A DNA stretch of 59,642 nucleotides, filler included, from Circinaria calcarea (GCA_051942165.1; 5 parts of 5 records of this genome joined end to end with filler, not necessarily neighbours in it); one strand, 5' to 3'. Numbered from the whole stretch's first letter, positions 1-13,995 are shown. The notes: generated by a model from the sequence alone, not told the origin. Numbers and translations: made by a program.

Positions 1-1
1 A

Positions 2-223
2 ATTGCGTTTGATCAAAATGATAGGGATAGCGTTACGGTAATGAGGGTGAAGTGGGAAGGGGTACCTGTAGGCCAAGAAGAAGTCACCCGGAGGAACTGG
101 GGAGAATATTATATCCGGAGCATCAAGACCACTTTTGGGTAAGTTTTGCCTGTTCCTTGAGTACTGGGTACCTATGAAAGATATGCTAACTAGCGGTGTT
201 GTAGCTTCGGGACTATCTTATAG
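2..223 (+). CDS. AHA1: Activator of Hsp90 ATPase Aha1, 3' end (5'-truncated by window)
   Basis: Frame from nt 2 reads IAFDQNDRDSVTVMRVKWEGVPVGQEEVTRRNWGEYYIRSIKTTFG, then an intron 139-204 (GTAAGT...GCTAAC...TAG), then FGTIL*. Matches the fungal Aha1 C-terminus as I recall it. Not in the ORF track. Confidence 0.9.
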
Positions 224-1136
224 AAGTAGATCATTGACGACGACCACGATTGCAACGGAGATGAAGGAAGTGTAGCCTATTTGGTCCTGGCCGGTTGGCT
301 GAGGTCGGTACTGGAGTTATCTTGAGGGCTCAAAGGGGAGCATGGGTGTCAATGTTAGACAAGCAAAACCTAGCGATTCAAGTTGCAGGGCTGTTTGCTA
401 GATAGATAATTCGTTACGGTACACGAGCATCCTCTCCTTAAAGCAGACGTGAAATTACCACGTATACTTGGTACGAGGCTCGAATGAGCGGCACCTACAC
501 TGAAAGACGGTTTTTACCATTTTTACCAGGTAATTTATAGTTTATTGCAAGATTACGTGACCTGCTGCTGCTAGCTTGAGGCCAATGCCAGTCCTTCGCC
601 GTAATCTGCTTGTACGGTACGTGAGGGCACCATGACTATGATTTTAGACCGACCATTAGTAGCTAGTTCGACGATGATCTAGACATTGAGTCCCAGTGAG
701 ATCAAGAATGGCTACAGGACTCCAGCCTCCAAATGGAAAGACATACCAAAACGATCCAGTATGTGGCTTTAGCCATGAGCCGCCATACGAAGGCCTAGAC
801 GTCTAATCGAGAAAGAAGCCCCAAGACGAAGGACTACGATCATAGGGTTGCCCATATTTTCGCTTAACGGACGAATGTCTACGAATAGTCTTCCTTCCTA
901 TCCTCCTCTCCGGTTTCTTGGCGGTTTAGTGAATGCAGCTCGACTGTACGGCATGTGGGAAAGATGGCAGTAACGGTAGAGGTAAACGTGAAGCAACTTT
1001 GTGGGTAAACAAGTCAGCGATGGTTGCGTATATAAATGCTTCATGGCATCTCCTGTCTTTTGTTAACACTATTCTCTAGCTTGATATCCTAATTACTTCT
1101 TTTCTCTGCGAGAATTTACTTCTGACGCTTCTCATC

Positions 1137-1905
1137 ATGCTGCTCCACTTTGCACTATCCCTCTTCCTTGCAGGGCAATCCATTGCTATCGGTTGCAACG
1201 AAGATAACTGTCTCCGCGCGCTGCGGAACCGTGCTTCGTTAGCCTCTCCCTTTTGCTCTACCTACACCACTGCAACCCGAACTGCAACAACAGACTTTCC
1301 TGTCATTTGCCACACAATGTGCCTATTCTCCGTCCCGTATAAGCTCGGTGTGTTCACTAATACGCTTACTCCAAACAGCGAAGCCAGATTCACTAACTAG
1401 GCAACCTCCCGTAAATCCCCCCTTCTGCACCTTGCCTCAACAGTAGTTGTGATTGAAATTTACTGACCATCTCACTTGCAGCCAGCTTTTCCTACCTAAC
1501 TCTCGAGCAAACCTTGCCCACTTTCTGCAACGGCCAATACAGCCTCGCGTAAGTTCCTCTGATTTCCCCTTCCTTCCCTCCTCTCCGCGCAAATGTCCCC
1601 AAACCCACCCCCAGACAGCTTCTTGTACTCTTTTCCGCGCCGAAATTCCCTTCTCCACCCGCCCATCCTACACCAGCTGCACCGTCAGCTACGGCCTCCG
1701 CAAATTCCCAAATTCCGTCGTAACCGAGGTAGTCCCCTACGACGCCCCGACATCGATCTCCACCACCGCGCACGCGTTTGCGTTTTCGGGGCTGCCGGCG
1801 ACCAGTTCTGCGGCGACGGTCTTCTTCGATACGTCGTGCGTGGTCGTGGAGAATTTCCCGGTGGTTATTTTGAGGAAGCCGCGGTTTTGTGAAGAGTGTC
1901 TTTGA
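1137..1905 (+). pseudogene. Secreted Cys-motif protein (C-x-x-DNCLRA...FC-x-x-YT...PSRISS family), apparently frameshifted
   Basis: Signal peptide MLLHFALSLFLAGQSIA, then GCNEDNCLRAL...PFCSTYT. The expected continuation ATQCAYSPSRISS lies in a different frame after ~1303. TATATAAA at ~1029. Downstream exon structure is uncertain. Confidence 0.5.
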
Positions 1906-2082
1906 TTTTATCGGGGGGAAAAAGAGGAAAATATGCGGGTTTAGCACACGCGAGAAAGGGACGGAATCGATGGGATGTACATGGGGAGAATTTGAGTAAA
2001 TCCAAATGGGAGACAACGTTTGTAGGAGTTGGAGTCTTTTACACACTATTCTTCGAGCGAGGTACATGTGGTTTTTAGGCCG

Positions 2083-5000
2083 TTATGAAGAAACTATATT
2101 CCAGGGGGCCCACAAATGTGGAACCCCATCCCCGTGGCTCTCTGGGCATATCCGTGATCCTTGGGGTATTTGACCCGTTCTGTTAGCTCCTTGATCGTCC
2201 TCTTCAGTCGTTGGACTTCTTCTCCCAACCATCTGTATCGGTCGGTCGAAAGTACTTTTGACAACGGTGCAGAAAACTAACTGTCGTTGCTCGATCTCAT
2301 TCGACTCCACTTCACCGACTCCATATCCAAAAAAAGCGGAGAGAAAAACACGTTCGCCAAGGCGGCCTTGCCATCCCCGTTCGGCAACTACAATGCCCCT
2401 TCTCCTCATCCTGATCCTCAGTCCCATCGAGAACGAGGAAACGGCTGGATAGACGCCAAGCATCTCCGAAGCCGAAATATCGATGAAGCATTTCGGAGCA
2501 TGCTTCCATGTATATTCGGCCGAGGCGGTTCTCCTTTCGAATAGTTGTGGTATACTAGAAAAATATGAGATGATGGCTGCTCCAAACACCAGGCCTATTT
2601 ATCCATTAACGCCTTTAGTCCTATTATCGTCCGCTATAGCCGGCGAACAATCCCGAGCGGTACTGCTTCTGTGTCGATATTAATTGTTCATTGTCGATCT
2701 GTATACAGAGAAAAAGAAAATTAGAGGCCCGTCGTGGTCGATTGACGCCTGGCGCGAGATCGGCGAGATCACCGGTAAACTTCCCTTTTGGAAGGCATCT
2801 GTATATCGCTCCGCAATCGCCGTTCGTTATCCTTATTAATCATCTGCTTATACCTTTCAGTTCTTTAGACTTTCAACCCGGGCCGTCCAATTTAATCTCA
2901 TCCTCTGTCAATTCTATCCCCATTTTTTTTCTGCATGATGCTTGCACTCCCGTGACAGTTTGCCAAAAGGTGCTCTTCAATCAGGCTTTCAATCTCTTCC
3001 TTGCACGTGTTGCTGAGCGCTGTCGCAATGTTCGATCACTCTTTTTGCCCGGGGAGATCCTGCATCACCTACCACCGTGAACCCATTCTCTCGCCTTTGT
3101 CAAAGGCAACATGCCTCCGTTTCGTATTCGGTAAAAAGGTTCCAGGGGATGTCTGATGCCCTTCCTGGTATGATTGTAATTCAAAGACCACGGGATCCTA
3201 TATCATCCAACTAGCATATATCAAACCGTCAAAAGTACGTATGCTCATGGTCTCGACACCAAGCGTTTTCACCACTCAGTAACATTCCAACTGGGTAGCA
3301 TGGTAGAAATAGCTTATTACGGCAATCTACGGGGTTTGGAGTCCCAGCTCGCAGTAGTCCGAGGACAGCTTGGCGGATGGTCGCTAGATAGGTTGGGTTA
3401 ACTCGTGAGAACAGCGTGAAGTTCATTTTTAGCTGAGTTATCGCTGGTATTGATAGCATGACCACTGTCATCGTCTGATTCAATCTCCCCTTTGGTTTGT
3501 AGCTTTATCGAGTTGCGTTCGAACAGCGAAGGGGAAAGATTCGATGGATTCGTTATCGATCTTTTCGATTAACTCCTCTGATTCTATCTCCTTTTTTATC
3601 TATGACCTTAGCTTATAGGCCCGAACCTTTCCCGTTAAATTTCCCTGAGTAAGTAAATAAGACATTATATATTTGGAAAGCTTCTCATTTAATAAACTTC
3701 TTAAATCGTGTGGCTATTTTTTCCCCCTATGTATCGCTCCTTTGAGCTGTACCATACCGCTTTCGCCAAAAGCAAGGAAGAATTCTCGCTGCGACATTTA
3801 TCAGTAACACTTAACCAGTTGAGCTAAACCACTTCCGAAACACAGGTAGACAATTGATAAGCTCCGTCCTGAGTGGCGTCGAACGAGCTTGTATCGAACC
3901 TTATATCCTAAGGCTTTGCTGAGTTGACCTCATTTCTCTGGGAGGTTTTTGCATCCTCGTCCGTTGGTATCCCGAATGATACTTGTAAGCGTAAGGGGAT
4001 CTATTCTATGAAAAATCTTAAGACGATGGGTATTTGAACTGATAGGTCTCGTTGGGATAGGTTCCCTGTCTTGTAACCTATGTATCCTTGGAACCGTATT
4101 CGCCGTGCTGGGCCCGATAGAATCAACAGCATGACAAGGTCTCGTGAAAAGCCCGACAGTATATCAGGGGCCTTTGTCATCATATTTAGCAGTATAACTG
4201 CCTTCATTCTTCTTAGATTTTTAATAGTGAAATCCCCCAGATCTGTACACAGTCTCGGCCTTTGTATGCAGTTTCTCGCGTAGAAGAAGGTAGACTGTCC
4301 TTGAAAATCTATATTTTTGGATTGAACTGAACTCATTTTGTCGAGAAGAGAATCGCATCCACTGGGCTAGAAGTTGAAATAGTGGAGAGGGAAGGTAGCA
4401 CAGCCTATAGGAGCCTACGGAGAAAGAGAATTGCAAGTTCCAGTGGGTCCGCCCTGATAAGAATACGCCCATGGTGATATGCTTTGTATTTTTTTTGGGC
4501 GTTTAATTTGCTCTTCTACAGACATTTTGCGTGGCAACAGCCTTCATAACACCAGCATGTAAGTACCAAGAAGTTCTTTTAATGAAAGTTGCAATCCACA
4601 GCCACCAGTAAGCAAAGCCTATCTTTGAGTGCTTCTTGATTAGCATTACAAGTGAAGATGATAGTATAGTAGTAGGCCCGTTTTTTTCAGAAGAAGCTAA
4701 ACAAGCCTCGGGTATTCGGAGGACATATGGATGTTCGCGAAACTGCGGCAGAGAAATTGGCATCTGAAAATCTAGAAACGAGGATCATATTTATACACCA
4801 AAATAGAAACCGTAGAGGTATATTTCCTAACAGTAGTGCTTTGAGCCACAGCAGCGTATGTGTCCCATCCTTGGTAACTCCCTGTTCCTTTGAAATCCCA
4901 GCCTTCCCCTTCATCCTATCAAGAGACAGTAGGGTAGGATTGAAATTTTACGATGCTCTTCCGTTTTAGGCTAAGGCTCAGGCTCCACGAGTAATAAGAT

Positions 5001-5400
5001 GCTCTACCGGGCATCTAATAATATTAGGTTAGTCGTGTCCGCCATAAGCAAGTGACCGAACTCGTCTCGTGTTCTCTGATTACGTTGCATGCCCTGGGTT
5101 CAGAAAGGTGTACAGAAGTACCCAAGGAGGCGAAATAATGGCGGAAATTAGATCGGACTTCCTGTAGTAAATCTCGCACTTCAGTGTTACCTTTGATCTT
5201 CAAGTGATACCCGTTGAAGGAATGCTGTGGGGATCTGTAACGGAGGTAGGAACGCGATAGATTGACTGTCGAGTGGAATAGGATAATTGTTCCCGTAACT
5301 ATGGCTTTGGAGTTGCACTGATCGATGATGTAGTTGGAACTGCTGAGAGACGACTTAGTCCTGCTACATGTTCCGATCATTCACATCAACGGTTCAAGTC
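2083..5400 (-). pseudogene. Decayed large gene of unknown family
   Basis: Long coding-like minus-strand frame interrupted by isolated stops, e.g. MQDLPGQKE*SNIATALSNTCKEEIESLIEEHLLANCHG...IKLDGPG*, running on into the 2083-2589 ORF. Boundaries are approximate. Confidence 0.35.
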
Positions 5401-5788
5401 GCAGACCAGACTAGTTTTGTCCTCGACAACAACCAGTGCGGTCTAAGTGAAGGTTGAACGCAGGAACCATGGTATATACTTAAGATGATTCATAGCGAAA
5501 CGAACGAAGGCAGCGAAAGACAATGCGAACAAAAACTATCCAGGATATGTAAGGATACACCTGTATAATGCAATCAAAACATATGACATATGAGGTTGCT
5601 TGGACTACTTCTGACTTTAAACGTAAGCAAGCTGTAAAGTATAGTAGTCATTGGGATTCGCAACTAGACGGCTTGACGGAAGTCTGCTATAATCACATGG
5701 TCAAGGCTCCTAAGAAAGACCGGATCCATAGGAAACATAAAAATATACAGCGTTCTGAGCTCTATATAACTTGGCCCTGGGAAGTTAT

Positions 5789-7015
5789 CTATTTTTTGTG
5801 TTTATTATGCATGTCAACAACCTTCTGCACTTCCTCGTAGCTGCCCATGAATATACCTGATCGATCGTGTATGTGTTCCGGTACAACGGTCAGCATCCGC
5901 TCCATGTGACTATTTACGGCTTGTCCACCAGCTGGAGAAAACAAGGGTCAGCCGTACTGTCTAGCTATGCTGCAGGGGGTGGACGGAAGGACTCGGATTA
6001 GAGATGCTCACCGTTCTCAAACACCATTGCCATTGGGGCACATTCGTATAAGATACGTAGTTTTCCTTTTGGGCTTTTCTTATCCGCTGGGTATGCGAAG
6101 ATCCCACCATACAAGAGTGTCCTATATGCATCCGCCACCATGCTACCGATATACCGTGCACTGTATGGTTTCCCGCCCTCCTTAACCGGATACTTCAAGC
6201 TGTTGAAGTACTCTTTCACTGGCTCTTCCCAATAGAGACTGTTTCCTTCGTTGACACTGTAGATAGCTCTTGTCCTCGGCAATCTCATATTAGGATGGGT
6301 CAAGATGAACTCTCCGAGTGCGTTATCCATCGTAAAGCCATTGACGCTTCCGCCTTTCATCGTGATTACTAGTTGAGCACTAGCACCGTACATTGTGAAA
6401 CCACTTGCTACCAGATCAGTGCCCGGTAGAAGCAACTCCTCCTGCCGACCCTGACTTTCTTCTGCCAACTTGAAGATTCCAAAGATTGTTCCAACACTAA
6501 CTCCGGCGTCGAGGTTACTTGAGCCGTCGATAGGATCGCAGACAACGGCATAGCGAGCCTTGGGATTCTCGTCGAAAACAATGCAATTCTCCTCCTCTTC
6601 CGAGACGAGAAGTCGGCACTTCCCAGATGTACGCATGGCAGCCACGAACACATCGTTGCCGATGACATCGAGTTTCTTTTGGTCATCACCAGTGGTGTTG
6701 GACGAGCCGGCCAAACCAGTGAGGTTGATCAAGGTTGCGCGTCGAATATAGTAGGCAATCTGCTTGAATGAGAATTGCAGAGCATGGCATAGGAGGCTAG
6801 ATAGCAGAGTGGTTAGTGCTACAGCCCGAAGATGGAAACAGTAGGAAAGGAAGGAAGTCAAGGGCTTCTCAAGCGGCGCACGTGAAATCTCCAGTTGCTT
6901 CTTTGTGCTTAGTTTGCTCTTCTGTGAGGAAACGCGTCAATGTAACAATGTCCGTATTGATCTTCTCTTGGGTTACAGGAAAAACACCGCCATTAGAGCC
7001 GTTGGTAGCTGCCAT
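5789..7015 (-). CDS. FBP1: Fructose-1,6-bisphosphatase (3 exons)
   Basis: GDDQKKLDVIGN, CDPIDGSSNLDAGVSVGTIF, ARYIGSMVAD, GKLRILYECAPM motifs. ATG at 7015 (MAATNGSNGG...DIVTLTRFLTEEQ). Last exon ends ...VVDMHNKHKK*. Confidence 0.97.
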
Positions 7016-10000
7016 GCTTGTGGATTGTGGATTCTGATTTCAAGAAGAGTTGGCGATTAGAAAGTCCGTGATATTCCCTAGTAACCGAGGTATGATGGAG
7101 GCGGACAAAGGATAGTTTTAATTCAACTAGGAGAATCTTCGGGATGGAGGGACATGGTAACGGAGATTTTAGGGAGCGTAGGCTCCATGGCGCGCATACT
7201 CAAGCCCCGACGAGTATCGGCCGTGAATGTGATGATAGACCATCGTCCGATGGCAGAGCTTCAACCATCGGCTGCCCCGCATGAAGCTCCCCGCCGCTAG
7301 GCCATTACTCAAGGGTCTTTTGGGTGTAATTCCACTCCGATTTCCTCCGAATATCTGGTAGACCGAGGCACTTTTGGGAACATTCGGTGAGCAGTCCGGG
7401 CTGAGTTATCTGTGACAGAGTGAGACGGGAGATGGGAAGTACTTTGTAAGGAATCTATTGTTGCAGCAAGCAAGAACACCCACGTGATAGTACTCCGTAT
7501 ATTGACGGTTGAAATATCGGCCCGAACCACATCTAGCTCCAACCTTTCAATTTGCAAAATTCCTTCATTACCAACTACACTCCCCGTAAGGTTGAGCTAC
7601 GAGAGTGAGGTGTGGAGCTTACTGGACTCTGACCCTGACTCTCACGACTTCGATAAGCAACCATGGGGTAAGTCTAAGGAGCTTCCTACCTATCCTTCAC
7701 TCCTATTCCCTGATGATTTGTTCAAACCGCAAAACTAGAGTCTTTGACCTCAAGGGGAATGAAACTCATATTGCATACGTCAGTCTGATACTTTATAAGT
7801 ACTCGTATAAGTGCAACTTTAGGGCAGTGCTTGATTTAATTGGTACTTTGGACTGACAGCGGCGCGAGATTAGGGTCGACCCAGATCTGAACCAACCGAT
7901 GAAGCCATAACAGCTGTGTTGATTGCCCAATCGGTATGTTGACTCTCTTCAGACACCTATCCTCTTTTTCATCTTACCTGAGCAATGATGATCATTTCGT
8001 ACTTTGTACGCTGGAAATTACCGACTGAGACCCTCGCGGTCGTCGACGAAAACAATTGGCTTAGACTGAGCTCTTCGAATATATCACACCAATCTCGGGC
8101 AAATGATGATGAACAACACTAATAGGATTATCAATAATAGGACATCCGGCTGTCCAAATAGGAAACCTGTCTACCGTTTGTGAAATATGGGCAAGGTAGG
8201 AACTCACGGAATCTACACATGACCTTATCATTTTCGGCGTCAAAGGATGAATGGCACTGGGCTCCGACAGTACTCGTCACAAGGCGGACTGGTTCATGAT
8301 GTGATATGCCTTTTTGAGGCAGGCCTAGAAAACCTTGCCCACTGAACACCATTGCCTTTGGGTTCCATGACTCTCTTCACAAAGAAAACTACGGAAACAA
8401 CTGACCCAGTGAGATTTGTTCAGATGTATCGGAGAACCAACTTCCATCTCCTCCTCCAACAGAGCTGTTCTCCGAAAGTCAAGTGGGCCTACCCGCTCAT
8501 AAACTTCCCCGGTCGTTCTCACACCATTGGAACTTACAAGGTATGAAACTATCACTCCTCTTGCATATTCAAGGTTTTTTGTGATGAACATCTAGATGAC
8601 GAGTCTGATTCGGGTTTCCGATGCTGACAACCATTTTATATACCATTCATGCTTTTCTGACTATCACATTATTTTACTTGCTTGAATCGGTTGATCGGTT
8701 GATCTATTGATTGCAAGCTAATGACTTCTAGAATCTATTTAGGTCAAGACCAACAAGTTCAGCTGTAATTATGCATGCTCCTACTACTTTTGAGAGTGTG
8801 CAACACAATGTTCGTGACGGAACTCAGTAAATGGTATGTTGCGGACTTTCACATGCCACTTCCTAATCTTCTATGATGATTTCAACATACCAAACGACAA
8901 GCATATGTCCAAGCCGGCTTGATCGCCAGCGGAGACGAGACTGTTTTTACTGAATCTGCCTTTCCGTTTTTCGTACTTCGTCTTATCTACGTGGCAAATG
9001 TGGTACTAATAAGATTATGCAGAACATTTTCGTTGCCGGCGGTTGCGTTGATTCACGTTTTCATACACGGAGACCATTCTATCTCGATTATCATCGATGA
9101 AAGTTCCGGGAATTACGTTGGTTCAAGCTGCCGATGATGTCCATGTTGCCAGAAGTCGTGCGGGGGAGCGGTTCAGCTAGAGGAGGAATCGAGTGCCGAA
9201 AGCTGGCCGTCCTAGGAGTGGTGTTCTTCGAATAAGTAAAGAATAGCCGAAGAGCTCCTGGCTTCCGCAGTTCAGTAGGAGGAGATCTTTTCAACGGTGA
9301 TAAGATCTGCTCTCCGCCGAAGAATTTGGTATGGATTCATTCCCTTGATACAGAACATTCATGCTACCAACTGGGCGTTTATCATTTGAACGACCCTAAA
9401 CTAACTCCCGACAGGCTTCCAAAGCAATTGATATGTCTTCACGGAGGCTGGGGCTTGGGTTCCCTTGCCTCTTCGAGCGCTTGTTCCGTGGGTGACATGA
9501 CGATTTCCCCTGGAAACGCCTCTGGCCGGGTTTTCACTATTGGTTCTATTCCTTCCGCGAGCGTCGCTGTATATTGCTAGAGGTATAGCTCATCTACAGC
9601 TATCATCCTATGGAACGGACTAAGCTATATCTAAAACAAAAGAAGCGCATCACAGGTTCAAACATAAGCTCCAACAGCTGAGAGGTCCACCCGTTATTTT
9701 CTTCGATAACATAGACTACACTACACCGCCGATGAACTCCAATTTCATCGAGAAATACGAGTTCAGTCCGGGAACCCCATCGCATCGAAAAAAAAATCCA
9801 CCCTGGATGTGACCGCCGGCCAGACAATGACCGACAGATATAATGCGAGTACCTCCTTTCATAAATACTTGGGGAATACTGCGAAAGACGAATTCGGTAA
9901 TCCCCGAGTGTTTCCATATTATGCGACGGCACCTCATTATGGATGTTTGTAGGATTTTTATCTAAATTACTGGAATCCTATATGATTAGTACTGGAAATT

Positions 10001-11857
10001 GATATTACGAACGGAATATCTTGTTTGATAAGTCCGCATACGAGCAGTGGATACTATTTGATAGAAACAGATATGTTAGGTTAGTCTTTGTCATTACTTC
10101 CCTACCAGAACGACATCCGCTCGCTTCAAATGATGAACAAACTCCAAATATCTCACGACGGTCGGCATAGCTACAAGTTAGCATTGATGAGATGGCCCCT
10201 GACCGGGCTATGGATCTGATTTCCTTCCCACTCCACCGTTACATGCCAAGCTGCACTCATCCAAATCTATATTTGTACAAAATACTGATCGATCTACTAC
10301 TTCAGGCGTCCAAGTATTTATACCCGCGCAGATCTTTACAGATCTACAGACCACAAACCTTATCAGCACCAGTTTTCCAGCTACCTTGGGTAGGTGCCAC
10401 GCAATCCGAGTCAGGTCCTTGGCATCCGGACGTCGTGGCCGAATGACATTCTTAGTTCGAAATCCGGTTGACTTGTCATCGAAATACTCATGCCAGAAAT
10501 CCCACCGTGGAGAATTCCATCCTCCATTAGCAATCTCACCGCCCAATGTTACACAAAGCAGAGCTGACATCCCCGGCGAACCCCAGCTAAGATCGTGGAG
10601 GGATCACCAAGCCTTTGAGTGCTGCTTCAGCACGGACCCTTTGCTAGCGCGGGCGCGATTTCAACGGCATTTGCCTTTTCCCGGATGACGCGCATCATCA
10701 TCGGACGAAAGGTGGCTTTTTTCTACCAGCATGGTGTGCGCCGGCGATGTAACGTTCTGCACCGCTCACTACCGATCGATATCCTGTGGATATGCTCGCA
10801 TTTTTTCTTTTACACCTGATGGTCTGATGCTCGTGTGATTTGGCATCACCTTGCGTTGCGCGCGACACAATGGCGTTCGGGCGCATGAGTGGGCGTTCGG
10901 GTCCTCTTCGCAGGGTACGGGGATTGGAAAACTTCTTCCTCGGGAGAAGAAATCTGATGGTATGGCAGGCAGGAGGAAGGGTATAGGCGGTTTGGGATGG
11001 TATGACCAGGGATATCACTACCATATTAGGAATTCACGAGCGGTCACTCGTATCTGGATTATTTGCGTCATTGTATCAGGCGTGCTGCTGTTGTGCTGTG
11101 ATAATCTCTCCTGCACACTCCTTTTGATCCCCTTGAATGGCGTGAAATGGGATACCCCACGACGATCCACCCATCCCCATCCCCATCCACATGTGGCCGA
11201 TTGCTGATCAGCATCAACAATTTTGCATCCCCATGGACCATAATCCTGACTCCAAAAGGGTAAATAAAAATGAAAAGCCGTCATTACTAGATTTTTGAGG
11301 AGGGGGGACAGAGAGAGGTAGGTGTGTGTCTGTGTGTGTGTGTGTCTGGCCTATGTTAAAGAGGCCACAATTAACCTTTCACCTAATCTGATCTGATCTA
11401 ATTTTCAATTTTGGTTTTTTTCCTTTCGCTTTTTCTCATTTCCAAATTTTTGTCTTCGCCCGGGGGGCCAGGTCGGCACTCGGCGCTCGGCACTCGGGGC
11501 ACTCCGGGGCGTTTCCCTGGCCCGTGCTGTGTTGTGTTGGTGTTGTATGTCCCCGATTTGGAACAAGCGGATTAAAATACAAAATACCTTAATCTCTGTA
11601 TAGCAGTACGAAGTAGAAAAGCTAAACCGTACTTCCTTTTATGAAGGCGCTGTATTGTATTTATTGTATTATATGGGAGCCAAAAAAGGTGGGTAGGATT
11701 AATCAATCCAGTTTATCAAAAAATTATCCCGACTGCCCTATTCCCCATTCCCCAATTCCCATTCGCCCCTTCATTTCATCAGCCACGACACAAGCACGGT
11801 TGCCCTCTACCAAAAAAAAACGAGGATTTCAGAAGCGCCGCCTGTATGATGCTATGC

Positions 11858-11957
11858 NNNNNNNNNNNNNNNNNNNNNNNNNNNNNNNNNNNNNNNNNNN
11901 NTTAATTAATTAANNNNNNNNNNNNNNNNNNNNNNNNNNNNNNNNNNNNNNNNNNNN
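11858..11957. other. Artificial contig spacer
   Basis: N44-TTAATTAATTAA-N44; the linker gives stops in all six frames. Confidence 0.98.
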
Positions 11958-12203
11958 GTCACTGATCCCAAGCACCAACGTCGAGGAGCTGGTGCTATGC
12001 TGGTGCAGTGGGGGACGGATCTCGCAGATGAGGCAGGTCTTCCATGTTACCTAGAGGCGTCTGACAAAGGATATCGCCTATACGAAAAGAAGGGATTCGA
12101 GGATGTAGAGTTCCTCGACATGGATATGACGAGATGGGGGCATGAAGGGGTGAATCGCCATATCTGTATGATAAGGCCTGCCAGGCAACAGAAACAGTCC
12201 TAA
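11958..12203 (+). CDS. GNAT-family N-acetyltransferase, 3' part
   Basis: VTDPKHQRRGAGAMLVQWG (acetyl-CoA binding motif A) and CYLEASDKGYRLYEKKGF (motif B). 5' end cut by the contig edge. Confidence 0.9.
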   Translation, partial: VTDPKHQRRGAGAMLVQWGTDLADEAGLPCYLEASDKGYRLYEKKGFEDVEFLDMDMTRWGHEGVNRHICMIRPARQQKQS

Positions 12204-13389
12204 GGCCAGAGTACAAATCTGTTTGCCGAACAAAGTCATTTGCCGCATTAGCTCCAGTGCTATTGTACCCCAGGTCAGAGGAACAGACCTTGGAAGCTCT
12301 GAAGATCTCCAATCCTCTGACTTCTGGATGAGACATGTTGATTACATCTGATGCTTCCACTTGAACGTGATCAATTCCCGTTCTGTGCTATAAGCCATCT
12401 ACCCTCTGATCTCAGCGTGATTTCCCTTAAGGGCTAGATACGTTCGCCCAAGGTATTTCCGTCCAAGGGGGATATAACCTCGTGTTCGACGTTGAGTGCT
12501 TTTCAATAAGCAAAATTAGTAGCATATGACCAAACATTTATTCCTTCCCTTCAACTTCATCAGTGTAGATATGACGACCTCTGCTACCCGTCGAAAACAC
12601 GGGTAATCGCTAATCAACACATGAGATCTGAATGAAAGTAGCGAAAGTGTAGAAAGGCATCCCACCATGGAACACAGGCGTTTTTGATCCTTCGGAATCT
12701 CGAACTGGTTTCTCATCCTTTTCTCGTAACAAATCGTGGCTTCCACTAAGCTTGCCACGAGTTCAGCTCTTCGGGAAATTATTCTTTAGGCTAAGGTGAT
12801 CTCTAGTAATCGAGCCCTCCGTCGCCGTAAGAGACCTCACAAGGCTCGTATACAGTTTTGAACTCTCTCAAGGAAAGCATGGTATGCCGATTATATTTCG
12901 TCAAGAAGAGCAATCAACCCCTGTAATGTTGATCGGACCCCAGGAATACAAGCAGACCGACTATTGCTTCTACAGATCTAGCCTCAGAGCTCCTCGCAAT
13001 ACTTGTGCTAATCCTTGATGGAGTGTCTGATGAAGAGTCGCCCGGCTGCAAAGCAACTCGGCCAGCCAGCGTACTTGGAGGAGCTGAGCCGATAGACGAC
13101 AAAGTAACCGGGAAGCCGCGTTACTTTATGGATGAACAGCGGTGTTTAGAAGAACTTGCTCACAAAACCCACCACAGGACATGCTAGGGAGTCCACGTCT
13201 TTGAAGCCATTGCAGGTAAAGGGGGGATTCCAAATTCGGGCAAAAATCCCCAGTAGAGTGAGTAACGATCAAGACAAGAGGAGGTGAATGTCGAAATTCC
13301 ATCTTGAAGGAAAAGCCAAGGGCTTGTTTGAGTAAGGACATACTGTATCGGATATCAGTTAACGGCAGGTTAACAGTTCAGGGCTTGAC

Positions 13390-13995
13390 TCATGTGCCAA
13401 CACCATTTGTCTTTGCAATTTTTCTGTAGGATGACAACCTTTCCGCTCGATCTTTCCTACATCGCTGGCGTCCCATTCCCATAGGGAATCGTTTGGTGGT
13501 ACCACATTGGTGACACATTTGGACAAGTACATCTGCCCATGGCTTTCTTCCGCCTCGGCTTTGGTTTTCAATATGGCTACTTACCGTAGATCCTGGAATA
13601 AGACAGGCATGGCATTTCTTGCAGATGGAGTGTTTGATTGCAGGTGAGAGTGAAATCTGTGCTTTCAGTGAGACCGCTTGGAGATGGGATATAAGCCGGC
13701 AGGCTAACCCTAGGCTACCGACAGAACTGCCTGAGGTCTCAGCATCTGACGGTGCTGTGGCAGTTGGCCGTCGAAGACTGCCATATAGGGAGTTAATCGA
13801 GCCAGATTCAGGACTGCTGTCATGTGGAGAGGCTTCTATTGACTGGGCAACAGCTCGATCGCTTCCTACTTTCTCAACTGTAATCTTCTGCGATGCGGGC
13901 TGGACAGCTGTAAAATACGCAGCTGCTTGGTACAAAAAGGATAGTCTGGAATGTAGATGTTTCTGGGGAGCATTGGCTGCAGTAGATGCCTTCAT
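13390..13995 (-). CDS. RPR2: RNase P subunit Rpr2/Rpp21/Snm1 family
   Basis: HLHSRLSFLYQAA, SLKAQISLSPAIKHSICKKCHACLIPG and CHQCGTTKRFP zinc-ribbon motifs. Confidence 0.9.
   Translation of the reverse strand: MKASTAANAPQKHLHSRLSFLYQAAAYFTAVQPASQKITVEKVGSDRAVAQSIEASPHDSSPESGSINSLYGSLRRPTATAPSDAETSGSSVGSLGLACRLISHLQAVSLKAQISLSPAIKHSICKKCHACLIPGSTVSSHIENQSRGGRKPWADVLVQMCHQCGTTKRFPMGMGRQRCRKDRAERLSSYRKIAKTNGVGT

Noticed and set aside
11902..11913. TTAATTAATTAA palindrome as a biological site
   Set aside because: Identical linker embedded in N-runs at four places; synthetic.
12470..12520. FKBP-like fragment NLVFDVE
   Set aside because: Six-residue similarity with no supporting upstream frame.
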